Origin: an uncultured Gammaproteobacteria bacterium | GTDB lineage: Bacteria > Patescibacteriota > Patescibacteriia > UBA1558 > S5-K13 | Length of the DNA: 56,856 bases | NCBI GenBank assembly: GCA_964386425.1 | Contig: CAYLQO010000001.1 | Coordinates: 1-56,856, forward strand | Direction of reading: 5' to 3' | Part shown: piece after piece, positions 18,182 to 28,357 of the stretch | Layout of the letters: the number at the start of each line of letters is the position of its first letter | Numbering within the stretch: position 1 is the stretch's first letter | Program-made: the position numbers and the translations under genes | Notes under the pieces: model-generated | Database searches by the model: none | What the model saw: only the letters and a program-made list of their open reading frames with translations | What the model was told of the DNA's origin: nothing

Positions 18182-19993
18182 TTAATCTCTTTTTAATACT
18201 GATAAATAAACATCTTGAGGCAATTCAACCTTTCCGCTGGATTGCATTCTTTTTTTACCTTCTTTCTGTTTAGTGAGAAGTTTTTTCTTTCTACTCACAT
18301 CTCCTCCATAAAGTTTCGCTGTAACATCTTTTCTTAGTGCACTTAATCTTTCAGCTGCAATAACTTTTGAACCAATTGATGCCTGAATTTTTACAACGAA
18401 TTGCTGACGAGAAATCGTTTCCTTCAATCTATCAACTATACCACGGCCAACTCGATAAGCCTCATCTTTATAAACAAATGATGAAAGTGGTTCAACGAGC
18501 TCATCTGCTATATAAATATCAAGTCTTATTAAATCAACTCTTTCATATCTAGAAAATTCATAATTTAAAGATGCATATCCTCTGCTTATGCTCTTTAATT
18601 TATCATAGAAGTCAACAAGTATTGGAGTAAGTGGAATTTCATATTTCAAAACAACCAAATCTTTATCTAAATATTCTGTATTTTTATAGATTCCACGTCG
18701 TTCAGTTGCTAGACTCATAACAGAACCAATATATTCACTTGGTGTTACAATATCCATATTTACAATTGGCTCTTCTATAAAATTTATAAATTGTTCTTCA
18801 AGCTCCGCCGGTTTAGTCACCTGAATATAGCTCCCTCTTTCATCTTTTATTATATCACCTTTAAATTTATGCATCATCTCATTTTTTAGGTACGCACGAT
18901 ATGCAACAGATGGAATTGTAACAACTAAATCTAAATCATATTCTCTCTTTAGCCTTTGCAAAAATATATCCAAGTGTAATAATCCTAAAAAACCACATCT
19001 AAATCCAAAACCAAACACAGGTGAAGAATCTTTCTGAATTTCAATTGATGAATCATTTAATTTTAATTTTTCAACAGCGTCTCGAAGCTCTTCATAATTA
19101 TCTCCTCCCCTAGAATAAACTCCTGCAAAAACCATTGGTTTTACAATTTTATATCCGGGAAGTGGTTCATTATTCTGCGAAACTAAAGAAATTGTATCCC
19201 CGACTCTTACACTTCTCAAGTCTCTTTCTCCTGTTATAATGTAACCTATTTCGCCACTTTTTAATTCTTCTGATTTTTCATGTTTTATTTTGAAGTATCC
19301 AACTTCTAAAACATCTGTTGTTGTATTTGTTCCTAAAAATTTAATTTTATCTCCTCTTTTAAATCCCCCTTCAAAAACACGCACATAACTTATAATTCCT
19401 TTGTATTCATCATATACTGAGTCGAAGATAAGTGCTCGGTTTTTTGAAAAATCAATATTTGGAGCTGGGACTTTATCAATAACCTGTTCTAATAATTTTT
19501 CTACATTTGATCCTGTTTTTGCAGAGATTCCTATTATTTCATCAGGATTACAATGAATTAAATTTACTATTTCTTCTTTAACTTTTTCTACATCTGCTGT
19601 TTGTAGGTCTACTTTATTTATAACTGGAACTATTTTAAGATTTTGTTCTTGAGCAAAACGAAGATTTACAAGTGTTTGTGCTTGCACCCCTTTTGTTGCA
19701 TCTACTACCAATACCGCCCCCTCAACACAAGCAATTGAACGAGACACTTCATAAGAAAAATCCATGTGCCCTGGAGTATCAATAAGATCTAAAATATAGT
19801 CCTTGTATTTCATTCTAACTGGCTGGAGTTTTATTGTTATTCCTCTTTCGCGTTCTAAGTCCATATTATCTAATACTTGATCTTTCATTTCACGACTTGA
19901 AACGGTGTTTGTGATTTCTAAAAATCTATCCGCTAATGTGGACTTTCCGTGATCAATGTGTGCAATAATGCAAAAATTTCTAATATTACTCAT
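18182..19993 (-). CDS. lepA: elongation factor 4
   Basis: 603 aa product with IRNFCIIAHIDHGKSTLADR, DTPGH and NKVD, plus the LepA C-terminal domain (LLTKQKEGKKRM). Confidence 0.93.
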   Translation of the reverse strand: MSNIRNFCIIAHIDHGKSTLADRFLEITNTVSSREMKDQVLDNMDLERERGITIKLQPVRMKYKDYILDLIDTPGHMDFSYEVSRSIACVEGAVLVVDATKGVQAQTLVNLRFAQEQNLKIVPVINKVDLQTADVEKVKEEIVNLIHCNPDEIIGISAKTGSNVEKLLEQVIDKVPAPNIDFSKNRALIFDSVYDEYKGIISYVRVFEGGFKRGDKIKFLGTNTTTDVLEVGYFKIKHEKSEELKSGEIGYIITGERDLRSVRVGDTISLVSQNNEPLPGYKIVKPMVFAGVYSRGGDNYEELRDAVEKLKLNDSSIEIQKDSSPVFGFGFRCGFLGLLHLDIFLQRLKREYDLDLVVTIPSVAYRAYLKNEMMHKFKGDIIKDERGSYIQVTKPAELEEQFINFIEEPIVNMDIVTPSEYIGSVMSLATERRGIYKNTEYLDKDLVVLKYEIPLTPILVDFYDKLKSISRGYASLNYEFSRYERVDLIRLDIYIADELVEPLSSFVYKDEAYRVGRGIVDRLKETISRQQFVVKIQASIGSKVIAAERLSALRKDVTAKLYGGDVSRKKKLLTKQKEGKKRMQSSGKVELPQDVYLSVLKRD

Positions 19994-21549
19994 AATTTTT
20001 TAAAAAATCTTTTTATAAACTGAACCTCCTCTAATTTCTCATAAACTGATATAAAATAATATAAAACAAAACCTATTATAAACAAAATTGTAGATTCTGC
20101 AAGTACTTTAATTAAAGATTCTATTCCTATATATTTTACATAAAAAAATCTTAAAATATATGCGATGACAAAAATTATCAAAGAATTAAATAAAATTTTA
20201 AAAAAATAAATAGAAAATTTCTTTACTTGAAAAACTCTATATTTTTTTGAAAGTATAATTACAAGAAGCAAACAATTTATAAAATTACTTATTGAAAAAG
20301 CTACTGCAATTCCTAAAACTCCGATTATTTTTGATAAAAATAATGATAAAACCACGCTTATTATTAAGCTTATTATTCCAATAATAACTGGGGTTTTAGT
20401 ATTCTCATATGCATAAAAAGCACGCGCAATTATAGCTGAAATACATTGAAATATTAAAGAAGCACAAAATATAGCCAAAACCGATGAAGTATAATTAATA
20501 TTTTCCAAATTAAAATTTCCAGACCCTAGAACAATTTTTACTATTTCAAATTTTGTTAAAATCATGAATAATGAAATAGGAAGCACAAAGAATGTAATTT
20601 TTCTTAAATTTCTATCCAAATAATCTTTAAGATTTTCGTGATTATTATCATCTACAAATTCAGATAATACTGGGAATATTGCAATTGCAACTGAAACTCC
20701 AAAAATACTCACAACAAAAGATTGTAGGTTTAAACCAAAATAAAACACAGAAATACTTCCCACAACAAGAGACGATGCAATCATGGTAATTACAATTTGA
20801 TTAATTTGACTCACAATAAGCCCAAAAGTTCTTGGGATCATTAATTTAAAAATTCTTACAACATTTGAATCTTTAAAATTAAAAACAAATTCATATTTCC
20901 AACCAAGTTTTATTACTGCTATTAATTGAATTAAAAAATGAAGCGTTGCACCTAGCACAACTCCCCAGGCAAGCATATCATAACCAAAATATTTTGATAA
21001 AATTATTCCTGCTATTAATCCTATATTATAAAATACTGGGGCAATACTATATGCAATATATGTTTTTTTAGAATTTAAAATTGACCCCATTACACTTCCT
21101 AAACCAAAAACAACAACACTTATAAGCATTATTGATGTAAGACGAGTTGTTAGAGCTAATTGAAAATAATTAAAACCTGGAGCTAAAAATTTTACCAGCG
21201 TATCTACATTTAAAAAAGCCACTAAACACAATACAGATAAAATTATTGTAATTATATTTAAAATGGAATTTGAAACTTTTATTGCATATTTTTCATCTTG
21301 TTTGCTGAGTTTTATAAAAACCGGAACAAAAGCCGAGGCAAGTGCTCCCAAAATTAAAGAATTAAATATAAAATCAGGAATTCTAAATGCTGCAAAGTAT
21401 GAATCCATTATTTCCCCAGCTCCGAAGTGTGATGCAAGCATTCTGTCTCTCAAAAGCCCCAAAACCTTGCTTAAAACAGAAAAAACGCTAATTAGTATAG
21501 CGCCACCCATTACTGTCTTATTTAGGCTTTTAAATAGGTTTCTCGTCAT
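19990..21549 (-). CDS. murJ: lipid II flippase MurJ (MviN)
   Basis: 519 aa product with about 14 TM helices. The N-terminus SVFSVLSKVLGLLRDRMLASHFGAG is typical of MurJ. Confidence 0.85.
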   Translation of the reverse strand: MTRNLFKSLNKTVMGGAILISVFSVLSKVLGLLRDRMLASHFGAGEIMDSYFAAFRIPDFIFNSLILGALASAFVPVFIKLSKQDEKYAIKVSNSILNIITIILSVLCLVAFLNVDTLVKFLAPGFNYFQLALTTRLTSIMLISVVVFGLGSVMGSILNSKKTYIAYSIAPVFYNIGLIAGIILSKYFGYDMLAWGVVLGATLHFLIQLIAVIKLGWKYEFVFNFKDSNVVRIFKLMIPRTFGLIVSQINQIVITMIASSLVVGSISVFYFGLNLQSFVVSIFGVSVAIAIFPVLSEFVDDNNHENLKDYLDRNLRKITFFVLPISLFMILTKFEIVKIVLGSGNFNLENINYTSSVLAIFCASLIFQCISAIIARAFYAYENTKTPVIIGIISLIISVVLSLFLSKIIGVLGIAVAFSISNFINCLLLVIILSKKYRVFQVKKFSIYFFKILFNSLIIFVIAYILRFFYVKYIGIESLIKVLAESTILFIIGFVLYYFISVYEKLEEVQFIKRFFKKL

Positions 21550-21585
21550 ATTTAAGTCTATTATAACAGAAATTAATCAAAAAAT

Positions 21586-21610
21586 CACCCCCAAGGAGGG
21601 TGGTTTTAAA
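21586..21610 (-). terminator. intrinsic terminator upstream of murJ
   Basis: The minus strand reads CACCCTCCTTGGGGGTG followed by ATTTTTTG. An extended -10 TGTTATAAT follows. Confidence 0.6.
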
Positions 21611-21643
21611 ACCGACATAAAATTATTTAATTTCTGAGATGAT

Positions 21644-22396
21644 TTAAATCTGTGGTTTGACTTCTTGTATTGGGGTTATTACGCCGGTATCAGTTTCTTT
21701 TAATTTCTTATAAATATAAAGACTGCCTAAATACATCATTGGAATTGTTATAAACAAACCTACAATTAAACATAAAAAACCCAATACATTTATCATCATA
21801 AAAACAAATCCAACAACAATAAGCGACCAAACTAATCCTTTTGTAATTTTGTAACTGTTTTTTAGTGATTCAATTATTTTAGATCCCTCAACTATAAAAT
21901 ATTGATGATATCCCAATCTTACAGAATATATAATAATAAATATGAGACTTATTATACCAAAAACCCCCAGTATTATTTTAACAATATTTCCCCAGGCAAA
22001 AATAATAGCAAGACTAAATAATGAAAATACTATAACGAGCGGTACCATAAGAACAATGGAATATAAAATTTGAACAACATAATATCTAATAAATAATGTT
22101 ATATTAATCTTAAAAAGATTTTTTACTTTTGGTTTATCATTTCTTTCATAAACAATATCTAAACCAGTTTTTATAAAATTAATCGCAATTATAATAGATA
22201 AAATTTGAATAATAACAAAAACAATAACATATGCAATTCCCCAATAAAAACTATCAATAGCAAACAATATAATAATCTGTGGCAACACTGATATTGCAAA
22301 AAGCATTAAAAATGTTCTTACAAAAAACCATACATGTTTTTTTGCTTTGCCCCAAGAAAAATTAATTACTTCATTAATCGAAAAAATGTTTGTCAT
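21644..22396 (-). CDS. polytopic membrane protein, hypothetical
   Basis: 250 aa product with about 6 hydrophobic helices. I recognised no catalytic motif. Confidence 0.55.
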   Translation of the reverse strand: MTNIFSINEVINFSWGKAKKHVWFFVRTFLMLFAISVLPQIIILFAIDSFYWGIAYVIVFVIIQILSIIIAINFIKTGLDIVYERNDKPKVKNLFKINITLFIRYYVVQILYSIVLMVPLVIVFSLFSLAIIFAWGNIVKIILGVFGIISLIFIIIYSVRLGYHQYFIVEGSKIIESLKNSYKITKGLVWSLIVVGFVFMMINVLGFLCLIVGLFITIPMMYLGSLYIYKKLKETDTGVITPIQEVKPQI

Positions 22397-22439
22397 GTGT
22401 TTAGCTATTACTTAATTGTTAATTTAAAAACTAATCTCA

Positions 22440-22471
22440 ATTCCTAAAAGCTAAAAGCCAATAGCTAATAG
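22440..22471 (-). repeat. AGCT-word element (family A copy)
   Basis: The minus strand reads TAGCTATTAGCTATTGGCTTTTAGCTTTTAGGAATTGAG, starting at the stop codon of the DUF4012 gene. Confidence 0.45.
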
Positions 22472-25306
22472 CTATTTTTTATCTAAAATAAATCCATTTG
22501 CAAAATCACGTGAAAATTCTCTCGTTGAATTAAAATTTTCTAAATTTGACCAAACCAATTTAAGCGCATCTGACCATTTATAATTAAACTCTATTTGCGA
22601 TTCTATTCCTGATTGTTTCTGATAAATTATTGAGTAGCTGCTTATTCTGTTAGAATCATCTCTAAACAATCCATTTAAAAATGATCCTAGGGATTCAAAG
22701 CTTAATGAAAATGGTAATTGATATTTTATATAAACAATTTTTTCCTCACCAGGATTAATTTCCTGCCATCCTGCATATGTAGTTTTTCCCATTTCATCAA
22801 ACATTTCAATTCCAGATGCCTTATCAACTGAAATTCTTCCTTGCAATTCTAACAATTTTCCAAATTCTTGAGATCCATATGTTGGTTTTACATAATCTTT
22901 TTCTGGAAAAGAATCAAATCCACCAGCTTCAAGTAATTTACTTCCTATTGGTACATAAATTCTTATGTAATTTTTATTTTTTGTTTGTGAAAAAATATTA
23001 TCAGGTTGTGATTCAAATTTTCTTACAATTTTTACAGTATCAATGATATTTCCATTTGATAATATTTCAACATTATGATAAATATTTTGTTTTATGAATT
23101 CATCTGTTTTTCCACCACCAATATTTGTATTTATAATACTTAAATAATCCTTATCTGTTTGTTTCATTGAGCCAGACCAACCATAACTATCAATAACTGA
23201 TTCAAGCGAAGAATCATTAAAATACATTTGTATATCTTTTCTTGATACACCTTTATCAAAAAGTTTTATCATTTCGAGATAATTTAAATTTTTATCATTA
23301 AATAATCTATCAATAATTTTCTGCATCATTTCTCCTATAACTTTTTTAGGTTTGTTTTCTTCTTTGTCATATTTGAATTCAACAATTTCCTGAATTTCTT
23401 TATAAAAATTTTTCTCTGTTATATCCATATCATATTCATCAATATGAACTGGCCCTGTTAATTTCAAAACATCGAGCATTAAATCACTGTTTATTGAAAT
23501 TATTCCATCAACACTTACACCGCCAGCACGTTCAAAATTTTCCATAATTGTTGAATAAGATGTTGGTGCATCGCTCCACCAATTCATATCCCAGAAATAA
23601 AAATTAGGATTTATAATCCACATTGGCTTTGGAGCTATAAAACTATCTGTAATTCCAGCTCTAAAGTCATATGGACCGCCAGCTGGAACATTTATATTTT
23701 TTATTTCACCATTTTGTATATCAACTATTGCGAGTGATCCAATAAAACCTCCTGTTGGACGAAGTTCGTTATTGTTCTGGAATAAAAATAAATATCTTTT
23801 CATTCCATCAGATCCTAAAATTTTATTTGTCACATCAAAAAGCGAGGTAATATTATCAATATTTGAAGTAAGTAAGGGAAATTTTTCTTTCATTAACACA
23901 AATTTCTCTCTGTATTCTACTGGCAAAACATCTGGGTTAATACTGGAAATATTATCACCTGCTTTTTTAAGGTTATCCTTACATTTCTCTAAATTTTCTT
24001 GAATTAACTTGATTTTCTGAGTTAATGTAAGTCCTTCTTGGTCTATTAATGCTGAATTTATATAAACAGCTGATTCAGATAATAATCTTCCTGTTTCAAG
24101 TAGTTTTTCTCCATAGTCTAATTGTTTTCCTTGATTTGGAATAAGCTTTAATATTTGATTTATTATTTCACCATTTTGCGAAATTTCATTTTCAGCTTGT
24201 GTAAATTTTTCACTTGCACTAGAAAAACTTATTTCCGCATTTTCAAAATCATATCCAACCATTGATCTAATTCCGCTTTCTAAATTCTCATATGCTTGTT
24301 CTGAAATACTTAGTACCCTTCCCTTGCTTTCGTTTAATTTATTTACAAGTGAAGAAAAATTAATAATTATAATTATTAAAATTGCGGTTATTATAAAAGC
24401 AAAAATCTTCTTATAAAATTTATATCCTCCGGGATTAAATAATTTAGATGGTTCTATTTTAGAAACTTCTGATTTAATTTCTTTGTATCTGCTTTTTGTT
24501 GGTTTTTTTTCTGAAACAATAAATAATTTATAGACACCGCGTCCCAACATATCAACAGATGCAACCATTGAAACACTAGCACCAACAATTCCATTTGCTA
24601 TAAATTTTAATGGATAAAGTGAATAAACAAAAAAATTATTAGTACCCTCACCTAAAAAGTATACTAATTTTACAAATTTATTTTTGAGCAACATTTTTGC
24701 TATTTCTCTAAAATAAGAGTTCGAAACTTCTTTAAATGTTTTTTTCTTTGGAATATCAAAATTTAATCCTCTTTTTAAATTTTCTTTTTGCTCTTCAGAT
24801 TTTCTCAAATTTACAACGTGTTGTGAATTTTTATTTTTCTGCACTGTACCAATTACAGTAGAGTCATTATCGTCAATTTTTATTTTATAATTAAAATTCT
24901 GTCTTAAAAACTCTGCATCAGCCACATCTGTCATTATTATTTTTTGAATTTCATCAAGTTCTTTTGGACTATCAATTTCTTTTTTATTTTCAATAATATC
25001 TTTTACATTTAAAAAATTAGGGGCATAACCTATTTCAGCTTGTTCTAGAAATGAATCCAAATCACTTAAAATCTCGTCATTACTATAATACAAAAATTGA
25101 TCCTTATTTTGTAGTAAAGAATCTTTTTCTTGTATTTGCTCAAAATTTACAATTGTTTCTTCTTGTTTTTCTGGTTCTTGAATTGTAATTTTTGGCTTCT
25201 TCTCTCGATTTAAATTGAGAGTTGATTTCTTGTTTATAACAGAAGAATCCTTCCTTGATATACTTTTTTTAGGAAGTTTTTTCTGTAAGACATTTGTCTT
25301 TTTCAT
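22472..25306 (-). CDS. DUF4012 domain-containing membrane-anchored protein
   Basis: 944 aa product with a Lys-rich N-terminus and a TM segment. The hallmark FLFQNNNELRPTGGFIGS motif belongs to DUF4012. Confidence 0.75.
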   Translation of the reverse strand: MKKTNVLQKKLPKKSISRKDSSVINKKSTLNLNREKKPKITIQEPEKQEETIVNFEQIQEKDSLLQNKDQFLYYSNDEILSDLDSFLEQAEIGYAPNFLNVKDIIENKKEIDSPKELDEIQKIIMTDVADAEFLRQNFNYKIKIDDNDSTVIGTVQKNKNSQHVVNLRKSEEQKENLKRGLNFDIPKKKTFKEVSNSYFREIAKMLLKNKFVKLVYFLGEGTNNFFVYSLYPLKFIANGIVGASVSMVASVDMLGRGVYKLFIVSEKKPTKSRYKEIKSEVSKIEPSKLFNPGGYKFYKKIFAFIITAILIIIIINFSSLVNKLNESKGRVLSISEQAYENLESGIRSMVGYDFENAEISFSSASEKFTQAENEISQNGEIINQILKLIPNQGKQLDYGEKLLETGRLLSESAVYINSALIDQEGLTLTQKIKLIQENLEKCKDNLKKAGDNISSINPDVLPVEYREKFVLMKEKFPLLTSNIDNITSLFDVTNKILGSDGMKRYLFLFQNNNELRPTGGFIGSLAIVDIQNGEIKNINVPAGGPYDFRAGITDSFIAPKPMWIINPNFYFWDMNWWSDAPTSYSTIMENFERAGGVSVDGIISINSDLMLDVLKLTGPVHIDEYDMDITEKNFYKEIQEIVEFKYDKEENKPKKVIGEMMQKIIDRLFNDKNLNYLEMIKLFDKGVSRKDIQMYFNDSSLESVIDSYGWSGSMKQTDKDYLSIINTNIGGGKTDEFIKQNIYHNVEILSNGNIIDTVKIVRKFESQPDNIFSQTKNKNYIRIYVPIGSKLLEAGGFDSFPEKDYVKPTYGSQEFGKLLELQGRISVDKASGIEMFDEMGKTTYAGWQEINPGEEKIVYIKYQLPFSLSFESLGSFLNGLFRDDSNRISSYSIIYQKQSGIESQIEFNYKWSDALKLVWSNLENFNSTREFSRDFANGFILDKK

Positions 25307-25350
25307 ATATTATATTATACAACTTTTTGATAATTTTGAGAAATGTTTTT

Positions 25351-25388
25351 GATAAAAATTTAAGGCGCTCCTTTGAAAGGAACGCCTT
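25351..25388 (-). terminator. intrinsic terminator of the GC-rich orphan gene
   Basis: The minus strand reads AAGGCGTTCCTTTCAAAGGAGCGCCTT followed by AAATTTTTA. Confidence 0.65.
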
Positions 25389-25407
25389 TATGTTGTAGAA
25401 GATACTT

Positions 25408-25926
25408 TTATGACGACTTGGAGTCCCTAATGCATTGAATGAGTGCTAGTTCGTCTTCATTGACACCCCATTTAGTCTGGTAGAGTTTCCAGTATTTCTC
25501 TACCATCCTTTGGACTTTTTCATGTCCCTCCGGAGTCTGAGTCCATAGAATCTGGTCACACCACCTTAGTGCAACCATCATTCCGTTTTCAGAATTTGAC
25601 ATGTTACACCACCCCCAATCTTCTGGATTAGGATCCCGAAGGGCGAGTTTTAACATTTTTTTTGCTATAGCCCTCTGTGCAGTTGGGTAATTAGCCGGAA
25701 GATAGTTACCTTCCACGCGTTGTGCATAACCGGAAATAATCTCCAGTTCCCATACGTTATCTGCTTGCCGAATCATTTGGTTGAGAGCTATGATCTTTAC
25801 GCCAGGTACCTTAGTGTAAAAGTAGGTGTCCACAAGAACTTTGTGTGGGATGGACACGAGTCCCAACGCAAGCATCACAACCAGAGCGAGTAAAAACCCG
25901 CACGCGAATATGGCAATTTTTTTCAT
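25408..25926 (-). CDS. hypothetical membrane-anchored/secreted protein, compositionally foreign
   Basis: 172 aa product with an N-terminal hydrophobic anchor MKKIAIFACGFLLALVVMLALGLV. The SD GGGAGG is at 25931-25936. The gene has its own promoter and terminator. I counted 29/60 G+C at 25801-25860. Confidence 0.7.
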   Translation of the reverse strand: MKKIAIFACGFLLALVVMLALGLVSIPHKVLVDTYFYTKVPGVKIIALNQMIRQADNVWELEIISGYAQRVEGNYLPANYPTAQRAIAKKMLKLALRDPNPEDWGWCNMSNSENGMMVALRWCDQILWTQTPEGHEKVQRMVEKYWKLYQTKWGVNEDELALIQCIRDSKSS

Positions 25927-25960
25927 TTTTCCTCCCTAGGAAATCATTTTTAGTATATTA

Positions 25961-25989
25961 ACTATATCATATTTTAAATACTTTGTCAA
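25961..25989 (-). promoter_or_regulatory. promoter of the GC-rich orphan gene
   Basis: On the minus strand: TTGACA (25989-25984), a 17 nt spacer, then TATAGT (25966-25961). Confidence 0.65.
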
Positions 25990-26042
25990 TAGTTTACAAA
26001 AAAACAAAAAATGGCCTAATTATGGACATTTTTGTATATTAC

Positions 26043-27146
26043 CTACTTATATATCTCTAATGTCTGCTTTGCCATCTTTGCCCAACTATAATTTTTCAAT
26101 AATTCTTGAAATTTTGCTCTTAACTCCCCTTTTAATGCATCATTACCTAAAATCTTCTCTAATTTGATTACGAAATCGCTTATATTTTTTGGATCAAAAT
26201 AAATTGCACAATCTTTTAGTATTTCTGGTAGACATGAATAATTACTTGAGAGCACTACTGCACCATTTGTCATGGCCTCAAGCGGTGGAAGTCCAAATCC
26301 CTCACAAAGCGAAGGAAAAACATAAACAGAACATTTTTTATATAAAACACTTAAATTTTCATCATCAACAAATCCTGCAAAAATTATATTTTTGAAATTG
26401 TTATCTACGACATATTGCTTTAATCTCTTATAAAAATAATCCTCTTTCCCAACAAGTACTAGTTCATAATTTTCTAAATTTGGAAATTTATTAAAAACAG
26501 AGACTAAAAATTCTAAATTTTTGTGTGGGTAGGCGTTTCCCACATAAAGCAAAAAATCTTTTTTAATATTTAATGTATCAAGAATATTAGAATTGTCATT
26601 GTTTGTTACTAGGGCTCGGGAAACGCCTTCGTAGGTAACAAAAACTTTTTTACTATTTATCTTAAAAAATTCTACTATATCTTTTTTTGTAAATTCTGAA
26701 ACTGCAATAATTGCTTTTGATTTTTTTACTGCGTGAGAAATTATAATTCTATATAGAAGATTTTTTATGAAATATTTAATTGGTGAGAGGGTTGTTGCCC
26801 TACGACTAGGATATTTTGTAAGAATTAAATCGTGAATTGTAACAACAAATGGAAATTTGATAAATATTGGAACATTAAAATGCGGGAAATGAACTAAGTC
26901 TGGTTTTATTTTATTTAAAACTTTTGGAATATCAATTTGTTCTTTTATTCCATACCAAGGAATATCAACTATTACTTTTTCAAAATTTAAATTTCTTGGA
27001 TTATATTTATTTTCATTTTCACGATTAATTAAAATAAAATAATGATTTTCCTTATCAATTTTTTCTAAATTAAAAATAAGCTCACTAACATATCTTCCTA
27101 TGCCAGTTGCAGTGCCCATAAATCTTGCATCAATTGCTATCTTCAT
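26043..27146 (-). CDS. glycosyltransferase family 4
   Basis: 367 aa product with the GT-B C-terminal motif FPSLCEGFGLPPLEAM (EX7E). Confidence 0.8.
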   Translation of the reverse strand: MKIAIDARFMGTATGIGRYVSELIFNLEKIDKENHYFILINRENENKYNPRNLNFEKVIVDIPWYGIKEQIDIPKVLNKIKPDLVHFPHFNVPIFIKFPFVVTIHDLILTKYPSRRATTLSPIKYFIKNLLYRIIISHAVKKSKAIIAVSEFTKKDIVEFFKINSKKVFVTYEGVSRALVTNNDNSNILDTLNIKKDFLLYVGNAYPHKNLEFLVSVFNKFPNLENYELVLVGKEDYFYKRLKQYVVDNNFKNIIFAGFVDDENLSVLYKKCSVYVFPSLCEGFGLPPLEAMTNGAVVLSSNYSCLPEILKDCAIYFDPKNISDFVIKLEKILGNDALKGELRAKFQELLKNYSWAKMAKQTLEIYK

Positions 27147-27148
27147 AA

Positions 27149-27214
27149 GGTTAAAAGTTATAAAGTTCTAAGTTATAAAGCATACTTTTAACTTTATAAC
27201 TTGGTACTTGATAA
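27149..27214 (-). repeat. AAGTTATAAAG palindromic intergenic element (family B copy)
   Basis: AAGTTATAAAG (27170-27180) pairs with CTTTATAACTT (27192-27202), giving an 11 bp inverted repeat. The shared flank AACTTGGTACTT is at 27198-27209. Confidence 0.55.
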
Positions 27215-28357
27215 CTAGAATATTTTCAGTAAATCCTGTGCGCAAGACCTCCAATTATTATAAAAACCCTCATCAAATGTTTTATTTTTATAAAAATTAT
27301 ATAAATCCTCATTTTCTAATAATGATTTAATTGCAATATAAAATGACTCGATATTATATGCTTCACAAAGAATAGAATTTTTACCAAGTACTTCCGGCAT
27401 TGAAGAATTATTTGATATAACAACTGGACACTTGCAGGAACACGCTTCAAGTGGTGGAAGTCCGAATCCTTCATAAAAAGATGGCCAAATAAATATTTTT
27501 GCACTATTGTATAATACTGGCAATTCATGATCTTGTACGTATCCTAAAAATTTAATTTTTGATCTCACAGAATCACCTAATTTTTCAAAAAATAAATCAA
27601 ATTTGTGTTTCATCCAACCAAAATCACCACAAATAACAAGCTCTAAATTAGAAAAATCACATGACAATTTTTCAAAAACACTTAAAACACAATCTAGGTT
27701 TTTTCTTGGTTCTATTGTACCAACATATAATAAAAAATCCTTATTTAAATTATGTCTATTTTTAAAATCCTGAATTTCTTGATTATCTAATTTTTTATAG
27801 TTTACCGATATACCTAAGTGACTTACTATTATTTTTTCTTTTGAAACATTCAAAAAATTTGTCAAATCAAGTTTTGTATTATCTGATACACAAATAATTT
27901 TATCCGCTCTTTTTATAAGTTTTTTTGGTTTTGTTAAAAAATGCCATAAATTTCTTTTGAAATCAAAAAAATGCCTAAACATTATAAAACTCAAATCATG
28001 AATTGTGAGAATAAGTCTAACTTTTTTTGAAAATGAACCCGGCCCAATGTTTGGCATCCAAAAACAATCAAGTTCTATATTTTTTTTCCTACTTATTAAT
28101 TTATCTATTTTTGGATAATTTAAAAAAAAACTTGATAAAAGAACTAATTTACTCGATATATTAAAATGAATATGGGAAACGTTTTTATATTTTGATATAT
28201 CAAAATTAATATTAATATTTTTTTTACCAAAACTTATTAGATAATATTCATTTTCATTATCTATTTCAAAAAGATTTTCTAAAACATTTTTTAGATACTT
28301 TCCGATTCCACTAATATTTTCCTGTCTAAGTGGCGTTATATCAATTCCTATTTTCAT
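27215..28357 (-). CDS. glycosyltransferase family 4
   Basis: 380 aa product with WPSFYEGFGLPPLEAC (EX7E motif). Confidence 0.8.
   Translation of the reverse strand: MKIGIDITPLRQENISGIGKYLKNVLENLFEIDNENEYYLISFGKKNININFDISKYKNVSHIHFNISSKLVLLSSFFLNYPKIDKLISRKKNIELDCFWMPNIGPGSFSKKVRLILTIHDLSFIMFRHFFDFKRNLWHFLTKPKKLIKRADKIICVSDNTKLDLTNFLNVSKEKIIVSHLGISVNYKKLDNQEIQDFKNRHNLNKDFLLYVGTIEPRKNLDCVLSVFEKLSCDFSNLELVICGDFGWMKHKFDLFFEKLGDSVRSKIKFLGYVQDHELPVLYNSAKIFIWPSFYEGFGLPPLEACSCKCPVVISNNSSMPEVLGKNSILCEAYNIESFYIAIKSLLENEDLYNFYKNKTFDEGFYNNWRSCAQDLLKIF

Noticed and set aside
18084-18185. A 33-codon plus-strand ORF (MKKNKVVKIFWIITAIIVIFSMLVWTVGVNYLY) in the lepA/PH-protein spacer.
   Set aside because: There is no Shine-Dalgarno sequence, promoter or terminator, and it overlaps the lepA stop codon. 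A hydrophobic peptide is easily generated by T-rich sequence. It is possible but unsupported.
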